Notes under the pieces: model-generated
Seen by the model: the letters and a program-made list of their open reading frames with translations, nothing else
Database searches by the model: none
What the model was told of the DNA's origin: nothing
Made by a program: the position numbers and the translations under genes
Assembly (NCBI GenBank): GCA_963708075.1
Contig: OY970194.1
Location: forward strand, 1,920,001-1,984,000
DNA length: 64,000 bases
Source of the DNA: Sedimentisphaerales bacterium
Lineage (GTDB): Bacteria; Planctomycetota; Phycisphaerae; Sedimentisphaerales; Anaerobacaceae
Direction: 5' to 3'
Shown: piece by piece, positions 50,129-61,300 of the stretch
How positions within the stretch are numbered: the stretch's first letter is position 1
Layout: every line of letters begins with the position of its first letter

Positions 50129-50404
50129 TTAACGGTACTCCTCACAGTGCCATATCCCGCCGGGCGAATCCTGTAACGTGCAGAAGTCACGATTTCCGCA
50201 GTTGCAGCATAGTCCCATCGCCGTATCGAGGGCGGTTTCTTCATCCTCTATGACCGGGACTGCTTGGCTCTCCACTTCCGGCGACGTCGAGTCATCGAAT
50301 TCTTCACAAAATAGAACGGGGAGTTTGATACCCTTGTGTCGAGTGCAGATGGAAGCGCTATTGCACGTCATGCACAGGCCCCAAGACTGTTCTCCCAATG
50401 CCAT
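50129..50404 (-). CDS. small Cys-rich protein with duplicated GLCxxC..C..CEE motif
   Basis: GLCMTC..IC..FCEEF and GLCCNC..FC..HCEEY; RBS GGAGG. Confidence 0.75.
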   Translation of the reverse strand: MALGEQSWGLCMTCNSASICTRHKGIKLPVLFCEEFDDSTSPEVESQAVPVIEDEETALDTAMGLCCNCGNRDFCTLQDSPGGIWHCEEYR

Positions 50405-50549
50405 GGCTGCAACCTCCCTTTCTCTCTGTACTGACCGGAAGGATCACACCCGTGACGAACGATGATAGCGACATAGCCGCACAGAACATCGTTCAGAACG
50501 GCCCTCGCGACTACGCAGGGCTGCCTTCATCACGGACGAGTGTTCCAAG

Positions 50550-50565
50550 AGCAATGACTGTGCCA
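50550..50565 (-). promoter_or_regulatory. sigma54 -24/-12 promoter
   Basis: minus strand reads TGGCAC-AGTCA-TTGCT, upstream of 50404 and next to a sigma54 activator gene. Confidence 0.88.
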
Positions 50566-50702
50566 TTTGCCGGCAAATCCGACGCTGCTCATGGGGACCC
50601 CTGTTGTAACTGCTTGATCCGCATGGCATTAGAGAATCTGACGTGGACGTGGGACGTGATGGGAAAGATCTGTCGGAGTGCGCCGGATGGGAGTGCGATG
50701 GC

Positions 50703-50735
50703 GGGGAGAATTGTACCGCCGGGGAGCATTTCCCC
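50703..50735. promoter_or_regulatory. putative enhancer (activator-binding) sites
   Basis: GGGGA-GCATT-TCCCC palindrome at 50721-50735 with a related half site at 50703, about 150 bp upstream of the sigma54 promoter. Confidence 0.45.
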
Positions 50736-50792
50736 ACCTCGCTTGCAGATCATCGGCCCCACTATCCGCCAGGCGATCCGCTGCCGAGATGC

Positions 50793-52140
50793 TCAATCCA
50801 GACCGTATTGGGCTATCTTCTTGCGCAGCGTCTTGCGGTCGATTCCAAGGATCTGGGCCGCTCGCGTCCTGTTGCCGCCGGCGTTTGCAAGGACATTGCG
50901 CATGTGATCCGCCTCCACCTCGGCCAGGGTCCTGTTCACACCGGTTGTGCGCAGGGCCGAAAATCGGGCGAAGGACGGCAAGTCCGGGACCTCGATGATC
51001 TGCTCATCGTTCATGACAACGATCCGCTGGATCGCGTTCTCCAACTCCCGCGCATTGCCCGGCCAGGCGTAGTTCTGCATCGCTTCCATGGCTTTTTCAG
51101 AGAACCGTGGAACTGCTTTGCCCAGCTCTCCCGCGAACTTCTCCGCAAAGTGACGCACCAACAGGGGAATGTCGCCACCTCTGGCCCGCAGAGGCGGAAC
51201 CTCGATCGTGACAACGTTGATGCGATAGTACAACTCCTCCCGAAACACCCGGCTTTGAATGAGACTCTGCAGGTCCTTGTTCGTGGCGGCGATGATCCTC
51301 ACGTCCACCTTTCTCGCACGCGAGTCGCCCACCATGCGAACCTCCTTGTCCTGAAGCACCCTCAGGAGCTTCACCTGCATGGCGATGCTCGTCTCGCCGA
51401 TCTCGTCGAGGAAGATCGTCCCGCCGTCGGCGGTCTGGAAGAATCCCGCCCGCGACTCGTTGGCGCCGGTGAACGCCCCCTTTACGTACCCGAACAGCTC
51501 GCTCTCCAGCAGGCTCTCCGGGATGCCGCCGCAGTTGACAGGCACAAATGGAGCGGAGGCCCGGGCACTGCTGTAGTGAATCGCCCGCGCCACCAGCTCC
51601 TTGCCGCTGCCGCTTTCCCCCGTGATGAGAACAGTCGCCGAGGTCGAAGACGCCTTGCGTATCGCCGCGAAGACCTTTTGCATCGGCTGGGACTCGCCGA
51701 TGAGAACCGTAGGCGAGCTCCGGCTTCTGAGCAGGGTTTGCCGCCGCCTCGCGCCTCTGCCTGAGCTTGCCCAACACCCGACGCACCGCCGCAAGGAGCT
51801 CGTCCTCGGTGAACGGCTTGGGCACGTACTCCTCGGCCCCGCTCTTCACGGCCTCCACTGCGCTCTCCACGGTCGCGTATCCGGTGATCATCATCACCGC
51901 GGTGTCTCTGTAGTTCTCTCGAATGTGCCGGATCAGGTCGATGCCGCTAATCTTGGGCATTTTAAGGTCGGTAATGACCAGATCAACTAACGTCCCATCG
52001 AGGAGATTCAGGGCGTCGACGGCATTGGGAGCCGTATAGGTCATGTATCCTTCGGCGGTCAGGCTCCTTTGGAGAACCTCCAGCGTACCAGGTGTGTCAT
52101 CGACAACGAGAATCGCCTCTTTCCTGTCAGGTGAATTCAT
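50793..52140 (-). CDS. NtrC-family sigma54-dependent response regulator; frameshift at ~51705
   Basis: ILVVDD..TDLKMP..KPF receiver; [34 protein letters not shown]. Confidence 0.9.
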
Positions 52141-53309
52141 GATTCCGGCCCGTTCTCCCGATCAGGGGCTGGCTCGATGGGCAATCGAATGGTGAACGTC
52201 GTTCCTTTGCCCGACGTGCTCGCGACCTCAATCGCCCCGCCATGAGAGGTGACGATCCCGTGGACCACGGGCAGGCCCAGACCCGTCCCCTGGTTCACCT
52301 CCTTGGTGGTAAAGAAGGGTACGAACAGCCGGTCCAGAACCTCCTCGGTCATTCCCACTCCCGTGTCTTCGACGCTGCAAACGACGTGCCCATCCTCCAC
52401 ATGTGTCTTTACGACGAGTCTTCCCCCCTCCGGCATGGCTTGAACGGCGTTGACCACCAGATTGACCAGCACCTGCGTCAACTGACCGGCATCGGCGGCC
52501 AGCACGGGCATCTGGGGGCAGAGTACGCAGGACAACTCGATCCCTTCCTTCTCGAAATGGTGCCTGAACAGGTCGATGGCTCCCAAGACAACACTATTGA
52601 TGTCCACGGGTCCCTTGAAGGTAGGCGTCTGCCGCGCGAACAACAGGAGCTTCTTGATGATCTCCCGGGCATGAAGCGAGGCGGTCACAATCTTCTGGAC
52701 ATCCTGCCTCGCGCCCTCCGGCATTCCCGGATCTCGTTTCAGCAACTGGGCAAAACCGAGAATGCTGCTGAGCGGCTCGTTCAGCTCGTGGGCGACGCCT
52801 GCCGCCAACTGCCCGATGGTGGCAAGGCGGTCTGCGTGCATGAGTTGCTTCTGCAGGCCGGCCCTTTCTTCCTCGGCCTCCTGATGTTCCACAATGACGG
52901 CGATCTGTCTGGCGATGGCATCCAGCAGACTCCGCTCGTCCTTCAAGAAAGGCCCCTCATCCAAGTGCGGCCTGTTCTCCGTGTAGATCACCTCGACCAC
53001 GCCTCTGGGTTTGCCGCCCACGACCACTTCGGACGCCTGTCTCTGGCAACCCTCGCTGAAGCCGGGCGTCTCGTATCGCTTACCATCCAGAACGATACGA
53101 GCCGATGCGATCTCCGGGTATTGCCATGCCGGTGGTATCAACTCAGCAATATGCTGAAGCACGTCGTCAGGCGACCCAGTGGAACCCTCGATTATGCGAC
53201 TGACGCGATAAAGGCAACTTAGTTCTTTCGCCCGTTCGCGAAGCGCCAGAGCCGTCTCTTCCCCGTGTTGTGCAACGGTCTGACCTTTACACGCTGCTCG
53301 TTTGCCCAT
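52137..53309 (-). CDS. cytoplasmic sensor histidine kinase
   Basis: AAGVAHELNEP, NLVVNA, DTGVG, PFFTTK, GTGLGL; GAF-like N-terminus, no TM helix. Confidence 0.93.
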   Translation of the reverse strand: MGKRAACKGQTVAQHGEETALALRERAKELSCLYRVSRIIEGSTGSPDDVLQHIAELIPPAWQYPEIASARIVLDGKRYETPGFSEGCQRQASEVVVGGKPRGVVEVIYTENRPHLDEGPFLKDERSLLDAIARQIAVIVEHQEAEEERAGLQKQLMHADRLATIGQLAAGVAHELNEPLSSILGFAQLLKRDPGMPEGARQDVQKIVTASLHAREIIKKLLLFARQTPTFKGPVDINSVVLGAIDLFRHHFEKEGIELSCVLCPQMPVLAADAGQLTQVLVNLVVNAVQAMPEGGRLVVKTHVEDGHVVCSVEDTGVGMTEEVLDRLFVPFFTTKEVNQGTGLGLPVVHGIVTSHGGAIEVASTSGKGTTFTIRLPIEPAPDRENGPES

Positions 53310-53726
53310 CGGAGATCACCCCGTCTATGCAATTCTCGTACGGTTTCCTAACGACGTGTTCAGTCTGATCCTGTCCCTTTCAGATAATCCTATGGGCCAT
53401 GCGGAGTCACTCTATCATAATGGACAGCATCCGAAATAGCAAGCCTCCGTCACCCTGACTCATCCCCAGTTTCGGGTGAGGATTTCTTGTCGGAGGTTCG
53501 ACAGGAGCCATCATAAGGCAGCCAAAGGCCGATGTCGCACCGATTTATCAATGGAAAGAAGGGTGCATTGTCCTGCTCGATTGGTGACTCCCACATTCAG
53601 GCACGCCCACGTCACTTTCAGAGTCGCTCTGCACAACTCCGGACTATTCTTGATAGACTCTTTTGCCCGCAAGCTGCGGCTGGTAGAATCATCCTCTATC
53701 GGTCCTCGATTGTAAGGAGTGGGAAC

Positions 53727-54587
53727 ATGAAAGAGAGTCTGTCAGGGGCGGATAGAAAGGCTCGGGTCTCCCGCCGGGACTTCCTGGGAACAACGGCCGC
53801 AACAGTCTGTCTGGCCGGCGGTGGATCCGCGGGCAGCATGGCCGCAGAGCAGCGGACGATTCAGCCGGAACTGTCTTCTGCCGTCCAGATGCAGTTCCTG
53901 CGGCCGGGCCAGTTGGAGAAGGCCCTCCGCGAGTTCCCGGCGGTCTACGTGCCGTTCGGGCTGATCGAATGGCATGGCCGCCACCTGCCGCTGGGCAATG
54001 ACGCCCTGAAGGCCCACGCGATCCTCGTCAAGACCGCCGAGCAGTTCGGCGGCGTCGTGTACCCGCCCGTATACTTCCATGACGGCTTCCCGCAGGAGTC
54101 GCTCGTGCCGGTCGTGACTGCCCTGTTTCAACGGATTAAGAAGACCGGCGCTCGAGTCATCCTCGGCGTTTCCGGCCACAATGTCCAAGGCCAGATCGAC
54201 ATGATCGACAAGGCCCTGGCCCCGGTCATCGCGGATCAGACCGTGGCCGGCATGGGGCTCTGGGAAATCACGCTCAGCCACGGCCCCGAGTCGGGCACAG
54301 ACCACGCCGCCAAGTGGGAGACATCGAACATGATGTTCCTCTATCCCAGCCTCGTCGATCTGTCCACGCTGGGCGACGGCCCCCTGGCCCCCAATATGAA
54401 GCCGCCCGACGGCATCGGCGGCCAGGACCCTCGCAAATACGCCTCCGCTGAAGTCGGACGACGCAACATCGAGCTTGCCTCGCAGGCGATCGGCAGGAAG
54501 GCGAAGGAGCTTCTCGAATCCCTCCCGCCGGACCAGAGATCATTCAGCATACCTGCGATCAGTCCCGGGAATTGGTGGATGATTTGA
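53727..54587 (+). CDS. Tat-exported creatininase family amidohydrolase
   Basis: SRRDFLG; EWHGRHLPLGND, SGH, DHAAKWETS. Confidence 0.88.
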   Translation: MKESLSGADRKARVSRRDFLGTTAATVCLAGGGSAGSMAAEQRTIQPELSSAVQMQFLRPGQLEKALREFPAVYVPFGLIEWHGRHLPLGNDALKAHAILVKTAEQFGGVVYPPVYFHDGFPQESLVPVVTALFQRIKKTGARVILGVSGHNVQGQIDMIDKALAPVIADQTVAGMGLWEITLSHGPESGTDHAAKWETSNMMFLYPSLVDLSTLGDGPLAPNMKPPDGIGGQDPRKYASAEVGRRNIELASQAIGRKAKELLESLPPDQRSFSIPAISPGNWWMI

Positions 54588-54623
54588 CGCCTGGTTAGAC
54601 TTCTCCAACGTGGAACTGTGGTC

Positions 54624-55577
54624 ATGAGAAAGATTCGTGTAGCGTCCGTCCAGTTTGAGTCCGCCGCCGGCGACAAGGGAGCGAACCTCGCCAAAATGGA
54701 GAGTTTCCTGCAACGTGCGGCGGCGCAGGGCGTTGAGCTTGTCACATTCCCCGAATGCTGCATCACAGGCTACTGGTTCCTGCGAAATCTGTCGCGCGAG
54801 CAGTTGAGTGCCCTGGCGGAGCTGGTCTTTGATGGGCCGTCATCACAGGCCCTCATGGACCTGGCGAGACGGTACCGCATGACCATCGGGGCGGGCCTCA
54901 TCGAGACCGACGGCGAGCAAATGTATAACACCTATGTGGTCGCGATGCCCAATGGCGAGTTCCAGCGGCACCGGAAGATCCACGCCTTCGTCAACACGCA
55001 CCTGTCGTGCGGATCGCAATTCACGGTGTTCGACACGCCCCTCGGCTGCCGCGCCGCTGTGCTGACCTGCTACGACAACAACATCGGCGAGAACGTCCGG
55101 ATCGTTGCGCTGCAGGGAGCGGAGATCCTGCTGGCCCCACATCAGACCGGCGGCTGCAAAACGCCCAGCCCGGGCTGCATGGGCCTGGTGGACAGATCGC
55201 TGTGGGACAATCGCAAGGCGAACCCCGAGGCCATCGAGGCGGAGTTCAAAGGTCCCAAAGGACGGCAATGGCTCATGACCTGGCTCCCATCCCGGGCTCA
55301 CGACAACGGCTTGTTCCTGATCTTCAGCAACGGCGTCGGCGTGGACGACAACGAGATTCGCACCGGCAACGCCATGATCCTGGACCCGTACGGCCGCGTA
55401 CTCGTGGAAACCTGCAAGGCAGGCGACGATATGGTGATCGCCGATCTCGACCCGGCCCTGCGAGAGAACTGCACCGGCCTGAGGTGGATCAAGACCCGCC
55501 GCCCGGAACTCTACCACCCTCTGACGATCCCGACCGGCCAAGAGAGGGACACCCGAAGCGTCCGCTTCGGCCAGTAG
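54624..55577 (+). CDS. nitrilase/carbon-nitrogen hydrolase
   Basis: FPEC, HRKIH, TCYD (Glu-Lys-Cys triad). Confidence 0.92.
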   Translation: MRKIRVASVQFESAAGDKGANLAKMESFLQRAAAQGVELVTFPECCITGYWFLRNLSREQLSALAELVFDGPSSQALMDLARRYRMTIGAGLIETDGEQMYNTYVVAMPNGEFQRHRKIHAFVNTHLSCGSQFTVFDTPLGCRAAVLTCYDNNIGENVRIVALQGAEILLAPHQTGGCKTPSPGCMGLVDRSLWDNRKANPEAIEAEFKGPKGRQWLMTWLPSRAHDNGLFLIFSNGVGVDDNEIRTGNAMILDPYGRVLVETCKAGDDMVIADLDPALRENCTGLRWIKTRRPELYHPLTIPTGQERDTRSVRFGQ

Positions 55578-55609
55578 CCTCCGAGGAGCAGTTGCGCTAG
55601 TGACGCATT

Positions 55610-57000
55610 CTAACGCTTGAACCCGGCTTGCACCTTCCAGCCCGGATTCTGCGTGCGGCCCTCACACTCGTAGGCGCCCGACATCATAGGGCGCCCTCCT
55701 GACCGCGTCGTTGAAATCCCGCTCGGGGATCGAGACCGCCATCGGCGTGGCCGATCAGGGCTGAATCCGACCTGGGCCAGAAGTCGCTTCTTTCAGGGTC
55801 AGTGAATGTCTCCACCACGGTCATGCCCTCACAGAAACGTACGCTGTCCATGCTCGTACCGAGCAGTCGGCCTTGGACGTAGTTTTCAGACACGATCGCG
55901 TCCATGATCTCCGAAGTATCGATCGCTGTAGCGCTGGGACAATAGACGGCATTGTTGGCGAAGATCATGTTGGTGGTCCCGGACCAGCGAATCAGGGCTC
56001 CTCTGGGACAAGTCACGACCGTGTTGTTCACGATGGTGACATTGCGCATCTCCCGCACGGCGGCGTGAGGAGCTGCCGTAATGCCGGTCGCCGAGCAGTT
56101 GAAGATGATATTGTTCCGTATGGTGGCATCGGAGACCACCTGGATCCCTTCGCCGGCATTCCAAATGCAGTTGCCCTCGACAATGTTGACACCCGGGCCT
56201 GCGCCGTAGACAAAGATGCCCGGATACTGCCGGCCGATGTTGGTATCATGAATCACGTTGTTCCGCACGGTATTCCCATGTGAGCCGGCCTTGATCTCGA
56301 TACCATCATTGCCGCCGTTGCTCGTGCTGCGCAGATGATGGATATAGTTGCCCTCCACGAGCGTGTTGGTCGTGATGCACGAGCCATCATGACAACCAAT
56401 GTACATGCCCTCTCCCTCGGTCGGTCGGGAGGTGCTCAAGCCGGTGTGATGAAGATGGTTTCTTCGAATGACGAAACTGTCACAGTTGCCGCTGTTCATG
56501 GTCAGAGCGTTGTTGCCGGTCCCGAAGACCTCGCAGTCCTCGAACGTGACGTGATGGCCGCGGATGAATCGAACCCCTGAACTGCCGCCCTGAAAGCGTA
56601 TTCCACGGATGACAAGATGGGAGCAGTCGATGAACTCAATGTTGTTGTACCGGTCGATCTGGTCTGCCGGGCGAGTCAGCAAGGGTGCCTCTCCCGGTAT
56701 CGCCCGGATGACGATTGGTGCATCGGCTGTTCCGCTCGCCGTGACGGCCCGACGGGCATTCTGCGAGTACGTTCCGCCGTGCAGGATCAGCACGTCGCCC
56801 GGCTTGAGGCCATTTGCCAGGGTCTCGAACTCCTCCTGGGCATCGGCAGTTGAAGGATAAACCTCGTACGTGGCCCCTTGACAGGTCGGTCCACTCAGCA
56901 CACCCGCGTAGAGGCTTAATAGGGTCAACACACACCCAGTGACCAATGCGGCAGCCACGCTGCGCTGGGAGTTCTCGGGATTCCAATCAGATTGGGCCAT
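55610..57000 (-). CDS. secreted right-handed parallel beta-helix protein; C-terminus frameshifted
   Basis: PGDVLILHGGTY; repeated NNxIH/NxI motifs; shifted frames continue PERDFNDAVRRAPYDV and GAYECEG..FKR to a stop near 55610. Confidence 0.78.
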
Positions 57001-57050
57001 CGCAGTCACCCCTAAGTCCGTTCTTCCTGAATCGACCTGACCGAGCACAG

Positions 57051-57205
57051 CAGGGCTATCGCATCTAAATTCGAGCTGGCCCTCTTGGCCCCGAAAACGC
57101 TGATCGGATGGTGGCCAACCTGACATTGCGGTCGTCAATCACCTGAACCAACCTGCGTTTCTGAACAAGGAATCGCGGCTGGCCAATTTAGATGCGATAG
57201 CCCTG
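57051..57205. mobile_element. 155-bp MITE with 21-bp perfect terminal inverted repeats and 10-bp target duplication
   Basis: CAGGGCTATCGCATCTAAATT (57051-57071) and AATTTAGATGCGATAGCCCTG (57185-57205), flanked by CCGAGCACAG at 57041-57050 and 57206-57215. Confidence 0.92.
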
Positions 57206-57332
57206 CCGAGCACAGTGCCTCATCTTACCACATTCTCACGATCATGGTACAATGGCTGTTTGTTCTGGCTCGGCAATGCTCTGCCGGGCTGTGTGAGAAA
57301 TCGTCACTTGTCGGAACTACGGGAGTGATGTC

Positions 57333-58322
57333 ATGTACGACAATTTGCAGAATGGCGGATCACGTGCAGGTTCTGCTCCGAAGAAGATCCTTATCGCGTT
57401 CGTCGCCACGGCCCTGGTATCAGTCAGCCTTTGCCGGGCGTCCGAGGGTCCCATGCGCATCGTCAAGATGGACGACGGCTATCAGTTCCTTGAGGCCGAC
57501 GCACCGGTCCTTTTCTACCGAACTGTCCCGAAGACAACCGAGGAAGGCACCTACTCCAGGGCCAATTACTGCCATCCCGTTTACGGGCTCGACGGCAAGG
57601 TTCTGACAGAGGATTTCCCCAAAGATCACCCGCACCATCGCGGCATATTCTGGGCCTGGCACCAGGTGTACGTGGGCAACACGCTCATGGGCGATATGTG
57701 GGCGTGTGAGGACTTCACATGGGACATCCACACTGTGCAGATCCTTCAGTCTCGGCAGAACGCTGCCGCCCTAAAGGCCGCTATGTACTGGAAATCCTCA
57801 CGATGGAAAAATGGGTTGGAACCCTTCGCCAAGGAAACCGTCACGATCCGGGTCCACCAGGTCGTAGACGATACACGTCTGATCGATTTCGACATAGAAA
57901 TCCTGGCACTCGAAGAAGGTCTTCGCATCGCCGGCTCCAATGATGTGAAGGGATACGGAGGCTTCTCCACACGCATCGTTCTGCCGGCGGAAATCCGGAT
58001 GAGCGACCCCAACGGGCCGGTTACTCCGAAGAACGAAGCCGTCGCGGCCGGTGACTGGATGAACTTCTCCGGTACATTCGGCAATGCAGCGTCCAATTTC
58101 GCGATTCTGGTCCACCCCTCCAATCCCGGCCATCCTCGCCAATGGATCCTGCGAGCAGCCGGAAGCGCCCAGAACGTGGCATACCCGGGCCGCGAGCCGA
58201 TCCCCATCTCCACCCTGAAGCCGCTCGTGCTCAGATACCGGCTCGTCCTCCACAAGAACGCCAACCTGAATCAGCTTGCCGCTGAGTACGGCGGGATGAA
58301 AACGGAAGACCTCCGCCAGTGA
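57333..58322 (+). CDS. exported PmoA-like/DUF6807 family protein (beta-sandwich, not methane monooxygenase)
   Basis: YCHPVY..LTEDFPKDHPHHRGIFWAWH, GYGGF. Confidence 0.75.
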   Translation: MYDNLQNGGSRAGSAPKKILIAFVATALVSVSLCRASEGPMRIVKMDDGYQFLEADAPVLFYRTVPKTTEEGTYSRANYCHPVYGLDGKVLTEDFPKDHPHHRGIFWAWHQVYVGNTLMGDMWACEDFTWDIHTVQILQSRQNAAALKAAMYWKSSRWKNGLEPFAKETVTIRVHQVVDDTRLIDFDIEILALEEGLRIAGSNDVKGYGGFSTRIVLPAEIRMSDPNGPVTPKNEAVAAGDWMNFSGTFGNAASNFAILVHPSNPGHPRQWILRAAGSAQNVAYPGREPIPISTLKPLVLRYRLVLHKNANLNQLAAEYGGMKTEDLRQ

Positions 58323-58345
58323 AGGCGAGGCGGCCGGCAAATCCC

Positions 58346-61300
58346 TTACTGAGCGATCTCGTCTATGGCGCCCGCACATCCGCCGTCGGCCGGCCGCCGG
58401 CGTCCTGTGAGGTCGTAGAGGAATGGCCCGTCGAACTCCCATGCGTAGAGTTCATCGATTGTCGTCTTCGAGTCGGCCAGCGTGCCGCGTGCGAGGCGCA
58501 TAAAGTCGATCGCGCCGTTGAGGCTGTGACCCTGCGGCGTACCGCCCGCGTATAGGTCGGCGTCATTGGCCAGGGAGGCATCCGGCCCGAGGCCACGGCC
58601 CCCGGCGTCTTGCTTACCGTCGATGTAGATGGTGAACGTTCTCGCCTGGCGGTCAGCCTCCGCGATGATATGGTGCCACTGGCCATCATTGATGGGCCTG
58701 CGGCTGGCCAGGCTGACAGTGGCATCGCCCGATTTCGCCGTCAGGGTCACGCCGCCGGCGTTGTTGACGCCCAGGGCCCACCCGGCGCCGTCGATCTTCT
58801 GAATCAGCGTCGCATCTATCTGTCCCGGCGCCGTCTTGAAGTAGACCTCAATGAGGAAGTTCGAGGTGTAGACCTGCGGGTTACTCAGGTCCGCGCCGCT
58901 AACGGTACGGTTCCGGCTCTCGTTGCCTCGCCCTGTGGTCAGGGTGACGGTGCGGTCGATATCCTCCTGTGTCAGGACGGCATACTGGTCGCTCCCGTTG
59001 AAGCGCAGGGCGCCCGTGGTCCAATTCTCCAGCGGGCCATTCTGGTAGTCCTTCAGGGTGATGTTGACGCCCTGGAGCGGATATGTGGGGAGCCTGTAGT
59101 AGTTGTCCCGGCCAGTGTAGTAGGGAGACATGCACCAGTGCTCGTCCAGGATGCGCGTCGGATCGCCTGGGATGGGGTAAAAGTTCCACTCACCGACCGT
59201 CTCGTAGAGGCTCCACGGCACGAAGACTCTCGCGCCTTGGCCGCGGGCCGCCGAGTTGGCGGAGGGCCGGAAGTCGTGAGCGGCCGGATCGCGTAGAGGC
59301 GATTGTTCGGCCATGATGCCCACTGTCGCAGCCAGCGGCTGGTAGCTCTCCAGGGCTTCCCGGAACGCCTGGAGCGTCTCGTGCCACCGCCCCGAGGGCT
59401 CGAAGACGCCGAAGCTTTCCCCCACGTCGTAGAAGACGTTACGGGCATAGGCATCCGTGTCGATCGCGTACTGCTCCTGGCGAGGACCGGCGTGGGCCTC
59501 GTTGCCGGCGGCCTCGGTCTTCGCCGGGTCGGCGTCGCGGAAGACGCGCAGGCCCATGCTTTGCCAGATGTTGCCCAGGAACTTGATGCGGCCGGCCTGA
59601 GGTTCCTGCCGGCGCGAGCCACGCACGAAGTTGTAGATGGTGTTGTTGAAGAATGTGTTCTGATAACTGATGATCTCCTGGAAGGCCGACGTGTTGGCCA
59701 GTTTGCCAGACGGACCTTTGGACTTGCCCCAGGCGATATTATTGAAGTGGTAATTCTTGAACGCCCCGTCCAGGTAATAGGCGTGGCCGAAGCGGTCCTC
59801 TGTATCGGGGCTCAGCACATGGTCCCAGTTGCGGTAGCCGCCGGGGTTGCCCGAGATGTTGTCATAGACGTACGCCGGACCGCCCTGCCAGGTCTCGATG
59901 CCGCCGAAGTCGTCGTTGTTCAGCAGCGTATCGACGGCCCTATTGTGGTGGATGATAATGCGGGTGAAGGGACGATCCGTGGCCGCACCGCTCGGCTTGG
60001 CGCCGTGGACATCGATCCCCTGGGCGCAGACCCGATCGAAGATGTTCCCCGCCACCTCCGCCGTCTGGGCGAACTTGACCACCAGCGCCCCGCCCTGGCC
60101 GAAGAGGTCGGGACGGATGCCAATGTGGTCGAACCTGTTCCGCATCACGCGGACATCGTAGAGGCGACCGGTCGGCTGGTCCACGTCCCCGTAGGTCGTG
60201 CCGTCCGTGAGTTCCACGCCTCCGGCGTCCGCCTCGGAGAACACGTTGTCCTCGACCACAACGTGGTCGATGGCGTCCTGTGGGCCCATGGCTTTCAGGC
60301 GGACACCCCTGTGGACGTGCTCGAACGTGCAGTTCGTCACCTGGAGACCCACGCCGCTGCCCAGCAGGCGCACGCAGCCGGGTTCCACATCGATGCTCTC
60401 ATGGGAGACCCAGTACGGTGCGGCAGTCAGGTTCCAATAGATGTTGGTGAAACGAAACGTCAACCCGCGGACGTGCACGTGACTCATGCCCCGGCTGTCA
60501 ATCATGCGGATGCGTTTGGCCACCTCGACGCGGGCCGTATTTGGGTCCTGGTCGCCGGGCAGGCGGAGATAGAGCCGGCCGCCGGTGCCCTTTTTCTCGA
60601 ACCAGAACTCGCCCGGGCTGTCCAGGTAATGGGGCTTATCTTCCAGATAGTAGCGGCAGCCGCGGATGATCTTGTAGGATGGTGCTCCGCCCCACTGGCA
60701 GGGGAAAGTCAGCGAGCCGCCGGCGCGGTCCACGGCCAAGACCTTGGCTTGGAACGGGCTGCCCATCACCCAGCCCTTGGTGGTCCAGACGATGGCGCCC
60801 TCGTAATAATCCTGCGGCCGGCTCTCGTTGATATGCTCCTTGTCGAACGCCAGGTGCCGCCGCTGGCCGTTGATGGTGGCGTAATTGTCAAACGGCTTGT
60901 CGGGGTTCTTCCACGTCCACCACTCGCTCTGAATGTCGTCCAGGTCGGTGATCGTCCAGTTCGGCGTGCGAGCCAGAGCGATGCGCCTCACGGCGCCGTC
61001 CCGGTCCACCATCCAGACATTGCGCGGCGTCCAGGAGAGGTCCACGTACCAGACCTTCTGTGGCTCCGGGATGACCGGGTTGTCGGCCCCCTTCTTCCAG
61101 CCCGTCACCGCCTCCGAGCCGCAGATGACGGCCGGCCCCGTGCCCCAGGACGGGTCCCGGGTCAGGAGGATGGGGGCCGCTTCGGCGCCTGACTCATTCG
61201 CCTCCATCTGGCCGCGATAGACGACACCTTGCTTGAAGACGTAGGTGTGCACGCCCTGACAGGCCTTCGCCTGGCCGGTGGCGTCGGGGTCCCAGGGGTG

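Noticed and set aside
880..51710. Programmed ribosomal frameshifting at the broken genes
   Set aside because: No slippery heptamers or shared context; affected families are not known recoding targets; sequencing error is simpler
57333..58322. Methane monooxygenase because of the PmoA-like family name
   Set aside because: Soluble exported protein, no pmoB/pmoC; the family label is a misnomer
59303..61192. 629-aa plus-strand ORF, and similar antisense ORFs at 21121-22626 and 18318-19655
   Set aside because: Fully overlap well-supported opposite-strand genes; typical high-GC shadow frames
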